Below the pieces are notes generated by a model, which saw only the letters and a list, made by a program, of their open reading frames with translations, did not search any database and was not told the origin of the DNA. The translations under genes and the position numbers were made by a program. DNA of 64,000 bases from NCBI GenBank assembly GCA_035084275.1, contig CM068770.1, positions 4,030,001-4,094,000 on the forward strand, read 5' to 3'. Every line of letters starts with the position of its first letter. Position 1 is the first letter of the stretch. This document shows positions 59,636 to 64,000 of the stretch, piece after piece. Origin of the DNA: Hydrolagus colliei. Taxonomy: Eukaryota.

Positions 59636-60135
59636 CAGCGTTAGACCTGTGTTTCAAATCCAGGCAGGTCAGGGCGAAACCTTGGGCAAGTTTCCTTACT
59701 CCACACACACACACACACACGCACCTAATAATAATCCCTCCAAAACACAATAATAAAATTGGTTGTTTCAATCCACGACTGTTTGTGTGGGGGACGCTGC
59801 TGTGCGCAATTGGCTGCCGCGTTTTGCCCACAAACATACAGTCAATTCACTTTACAGTATATTCTGTGAAGCACTTTGGGACGTTGATAAGATGTGAAAA
59901 CCGCTGTATCAAATGGGCGAAACGCGGCAGCCAATTGCATAGAGCAGCGTCCCCACAAACAAGGTTGAAATGACCAATTTTTCTTATTGTGTGTTGTTTT
60001 GGAGGGATTATTATTAGATGTGTGTGTGTATGTGTATGTATGTGTGTGTGGAGTAAGGAAACTTGCCCAAGGGTTTCTCCCTGACCTGTCTGGATTTGAA
60101 CACAGGTCTCACGCTTGTAAAGCGAGTGCTCTAAC
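59636..60135. mobile_element. Two SINE copies fused tail-to-tail
   Basis: Plus copy ends CGCTGTATCAAAT (59913) and is joined directly to a minus copy starting GGGCGAAACGCGGCAGCC. Confidence 0.85.
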
Positions 60136-60930
60136 CTCAGGACTCAACGCTTATGGAGCGCATTTCATGTCGGGAGGACGGCCCAAGGCGCTGTCCTCAT
60201 TGACAGAAGGCAATCGGGGCTGAACCGGCTTCACATCATGTATAATATTAGAATTAAGGAGATTCACTGCTGCGAGAGTTGATAAATTGCCTTGTGTCTT
60301 TCGCCAGGAAGTTCCACATCAGTCACTGTTTACAGCTGAACCTTTTTGGCTGATAGACAAAATTTGGGATGGTTGGATCACAAGGTTTTTTTTTCTCCCC
60401 ACCCCCCCTCCCCCACCACCCCACTCCACCATATGACTCTTGTTAAAATTTAAACCGTAGGCGATAAGAGTGAATTCAGCTAAACAAGAAGCAGGAAGCT
60501 TGGCAGACGCATTAGCAAATGTAATGCTTTCAGAACCATAGTAACTGCTAAAATGTACAACATAGTGAGAGGCCATTAAGTCAATTTTCTCTCGCCGTTT
60601 GCTACTCTCAAAATCCGCCCGGCTTTTAGTAAGATTAATAATCGCTCCAAAATCGAACAAAACGCCCCCAAAAAATTGCTCACTCAATCCATAGCTGTTT
60701 GTGAGGCACAGCTGTGAGTGTTTTGGCCACAAAAGTATTATTATTTCCAAAGTATGGTGATTTAGTGTTCTACATGTGTCGGACACATGGCAGGCCTAAA
60801 AATTACTGTGTGGTTATATGTCTTCCCGACAATTACACAGCCACTGCCTCATCACATATGAGAATCATTATGGTACAGTATTAAGATTTTTTTTAAAAAC
60901 AGAAAATACAGTACTGCAGATACTGGAAAT

Positions 60931-61118
60931 ATGAAACAAAAACAGGAATGGCTGGGAACACTCAGCAGGTCAGGCAGCATCTATGGAGAGAGGAAAAGTG
61001 AGTCAACGTTCAGTTGTGATGAAGGACCGTGGACCAGAAACGTTGACTCGCTTCTCCTCTCTCCACAGATGCTGCCTGAACTGCTGAGTGTTCCCAGCCG
61101 CTTCTGTTTTTGTTTCAT
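60931..61118. repeat. Penelope-derived palindrome, 80-bp inverted arms around a decayed hammerhead core
   Basis: Arms 60931-61010 and 61039-61118, about 7 mismatches. Confidence 0.85.
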
Positions 61119-63289
61119 TTATCAACATCATATCATTTCCCTTCCACTAAACGCGAAAAAATACTGGAAAATCTGAGGCCCATTACATTCCCGAGTGCAA
61201 ATTTGTGGGCAAAAAAGAGCTAAAAATAGCTTCTGCAAAGCTGCGTAAACTGATATGAAGATCGCAAGAGTGGAAAAAGTCATTCGGAAACTCCCTAAAT
61301 GCATCCTATTCCTCTTGGAAGCCTCACTTCCAACACTAACTGAAGATGCATTCTCATAACTCAACAATAATATCGAATAATAATCACTCGACCCATGGCT
61401 TGTTTGTGAAACGCAATTTGATGCCATGTTTTCGTCCACAAAGTATACTCAGCGCCTTGGGATGTCCTCCCGACGTGAAAGGCGCTCTACAAATGGAATT
61501 CTGTTGCTGCTGTTGTACACAGTCAATTCACTTTACAGTATATTCCGCGGAGCCCTTCGAGACGTCTGAAAGACGTGATAAGACGCTCTACCGGATGCAA
61601 GGATTATTCTTGATCTTGACTGTAATTGCATCTGAGGAAGCTTTGAGGCATTTGAAATTTACGTACACTGAATCCATTCATAACGGCAATCCTTGCATTA
61701 TCGAGACGTCTCAAAGCGCTTTACGTGATATACTGTGGTTAGTGAAGTAACTGTGTGGGACAAACGCGACAACAATTATCACGGTTTCCGGTATCCCCAG
61801 AGCTCAATCTGTCCCTCCCCACCACTCCGCCGCCCCCCCCCCCCCACCCCACACACCCCCATTCACCCCCACCCCACATCCATCCATAATTTTCAGTCAC
61901 TGCACTGAAAATTGTGACTTTCAAATGTCCTACTGAACGTGAACCGGTGTTTTCTGTTTTTACCTTATACACACACTGCTATTGTGAATATCAACATTAA
62001 CAGCATGGAGTGGAAAGAGACAGAACTATTAACTTTCAAGTCTTCAATATCAAGGAACTATTTTCCTTCTCTCCCCACACCCCACACCTTCCCCCCCCCC
62101 CCCCCCCCCCCACCACCCATTCCCCTCCAGACGTGAAAGACTCTATATACTGTATCTAAATGCAATCTGTGGTTGAGACTCCATTTCAAGCATCTCCCTC
62201 TCTGTCTGTCTGTGAGATGTGAGCTGTTCCTTAAGCTTCATTTTACATCCCTCAATAGCACAGATCGGTTAAACGAACACGGATAACAAATCATAACAAA
62301 AGCCTCTCTGTGATGTGATAAGGGGCTGGCTGCATCAAACTTATTCTTCTGACTGCCATCATTAACAATCTGCGTCTCGTGGAGGGAAGAGTCGGGAGGA
62401 ACACACACACAAAGCAACAGAAATTGAACACCGCCCGAATTTCCGAGAATAGGGTCGAAGACAAAAGGAGAGAGTGGAAGAGAGAGGAAGAGGAGGAGGA
62501 GGAGGGGTGGGTGGGGGGGCGAGAGGCAAAAACAAGAGAGAAAGAATGCGAAAGAAGTCAGAGGGCAAAGGCACATCGCAGACACACAAAATGATTCAAA
62601 CTGCTAACGAGGCACAACTTACCAGAGAGGCCGAGAGTCGAAATGACAGGGGCTTTGTGTGTGTGTGTGTGAAACTATAGCTGCAGTGCTGACTCTGTGG
62701 GTGGAGCTGTTATTGCTGCCTCCACAAACGTCAAGCGGCTTGCTGATGGGGAGAAACGGGGGGGGGGGGGGGGAGAGTTTAGGGAACTGAACGGAACGGG
62801 ACGGGAATGAGGGTAAGAGTACAAGATCTATCAAGGCAACCTCTAACCAACACCCCCCACACTGCCCCACCCCCACCCACCCCCCCGCCAACCCCCCCCC
62901 CCCCCTCCCCCGCCCCCACCACACCCTCCACGAGTTGCCGGGTCTGTCCTGTTTTGCAAAGGGATAATAACAGGTATAATAGCGTTTCTTTTCTCCGTCG
63001 CAGATTTGACTGTTTTCGAGATAAACGTAAATGGATTCCTGCCGATAAATAACTGCCTCCCGCAATTGGCCGCGGGGTTTCGCCCACAAAATACCGTCAA
63101 TCAATCCACTCGACGACGTTTTCTGTGAAGCGCATTGAGATGTCTCACTGACGTGATAGGGCACAATGCGAGGATTATTATTCCTATTATTGATTAACCC
63201 TCCGACTGAGCCTACGTACCATCCGAGTTCTAGTTTTCACACAGTCTGAAATAAGCTAGTGTTTGCTGAGTTGCTTTGTATAGGTTTTT

Positions 63290-63932
63290 TTTTCATAGAT
63301 TCATAGAATTTTACGGCACAAAAGGAGGCCATTCGGCCCATCTAGTCTGTGCCGGCTCTTTGAAAAGAGCGATTCAATCCCACTGCCCTGCCCACTCCCC
63401 ATAGCCTAATAGACCTGTTCTCCCTAAATAAAGATCTAATTCCCTTTTAAAAGTTGTTATCGAATCAGCCTCCACCACCTTTTCAGGCAATGCATTCCAG
63501 ATTCGAACAACTCGCTGAGTGAAAACATTTCTCCTCAGCTCCCCTCTACTTCGCCTTGAAACTATTTTAAATCTGTGACCACGAGTCACAGATTCACCCA
63601 CGAGTGGAAATAGTTTTTCTCTATTTGCCCTGTCGAAACCCCTCATGATCTTATAAACCTCTATTAGGTCTCCCCTCAATCTTCTCTGCTCCAGAGAGAA
63701 TAACCCTAGCCTATCTAGCCTCTCCTCATAGCTGAAGTCCCTCAATCCTAGTAAATCTTCGTTGTACCCTTTCCAATGCCTTCACATCCTTTCTGTAGTG
63801 TGGTGACCAGAATTGAACACAGTATTCCAGCTGAGGCCTCACCAAAGTCCTATAGAGGTTAGTCAGCACTTCCTGACTTTTGTACTCTATACCCCTATTT
63901 ATAAAGCCTAGTATCCCATATGCCTTCTTAAC
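63290..63932 (-). mobile_element. CR1 LINE, 5'-truncated ORF2 C-terminus and 3' end
   Basis: AYGILGFINRGIEYKS...LVRPQLEYCVQFWSPHY / FSYEERLDRLGLFSLEQRRLRGDLIEVYKIM...GHRFKI...FTQRVVRIWNALP; TTCTATG-type tail. Confidence 0.95.
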
Positions 63933-64000
63933 AGTTGAACGATAATAATATACGGTTATATAATAATCCTTGCATTTGATATAGCGCTTCTCACATCTTC

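Noticed and set aside
357-60135. Dozens of tRNA-like sequences (A and B boxes, anticodon-like stem-loop)
   Set aside because: They lack a paired acceptor stem and run into the SINE body; these are SINE heads, not tRNA genes.

Overview
Vertebrate genomic DNA. The repeat content (one abundant tRNA-derived SINE at about one fragment per kb, L2 and CR1 LINE 3' fragments, DeuSINE relics, Penelope-type ends) points to a cartilaginous fish; this is an inference. I assembled four spliced genes by hand from splice signals and frame continuity. (X) A plus-strand gene of unrecognised function; the exons at 11995-14338 are secure. (A) A minus-strand inhibitory IgSF receptor: leader-V-C2-C2-TM plus at least 7 cytoplasmic exons carrying TVYAVV, VSYADI and TEYAAV; ATG at 36024, 3' end unresolved below 20203. 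(B) A plus-strand activating-type IgSF receptor: leader-V-C1-like-C2-TM with Arg and a short tail; 40842-47214, 386 aa. (C) A minus-strand single-V IgSF gene, 57246 to probably 48412. A and B lie head-to-head with ATGs 4.8 kb apart. Their V exons are 97% identical (10 differences in 321 nt), while leaders, membrane-proximal domains, TMs and tails are highly diverged. This is the signature of a paired inhibitory/activating receptor system with a homogenised ligand-binding domain. The V is germline VJ-type with no RSS; the stalks are Siglec-like, and B domain 2 is SIRP/C1-like. No ortholog can be assigned without a database search. Other observations: hammerhead-ribozyme relics in the Penelope-type ends, retroposon tails abutting three splice acceptors of gene A, inverted SINE pairs around Ig exons, and enhancer-like TE-free blocks in the first 7 kb.
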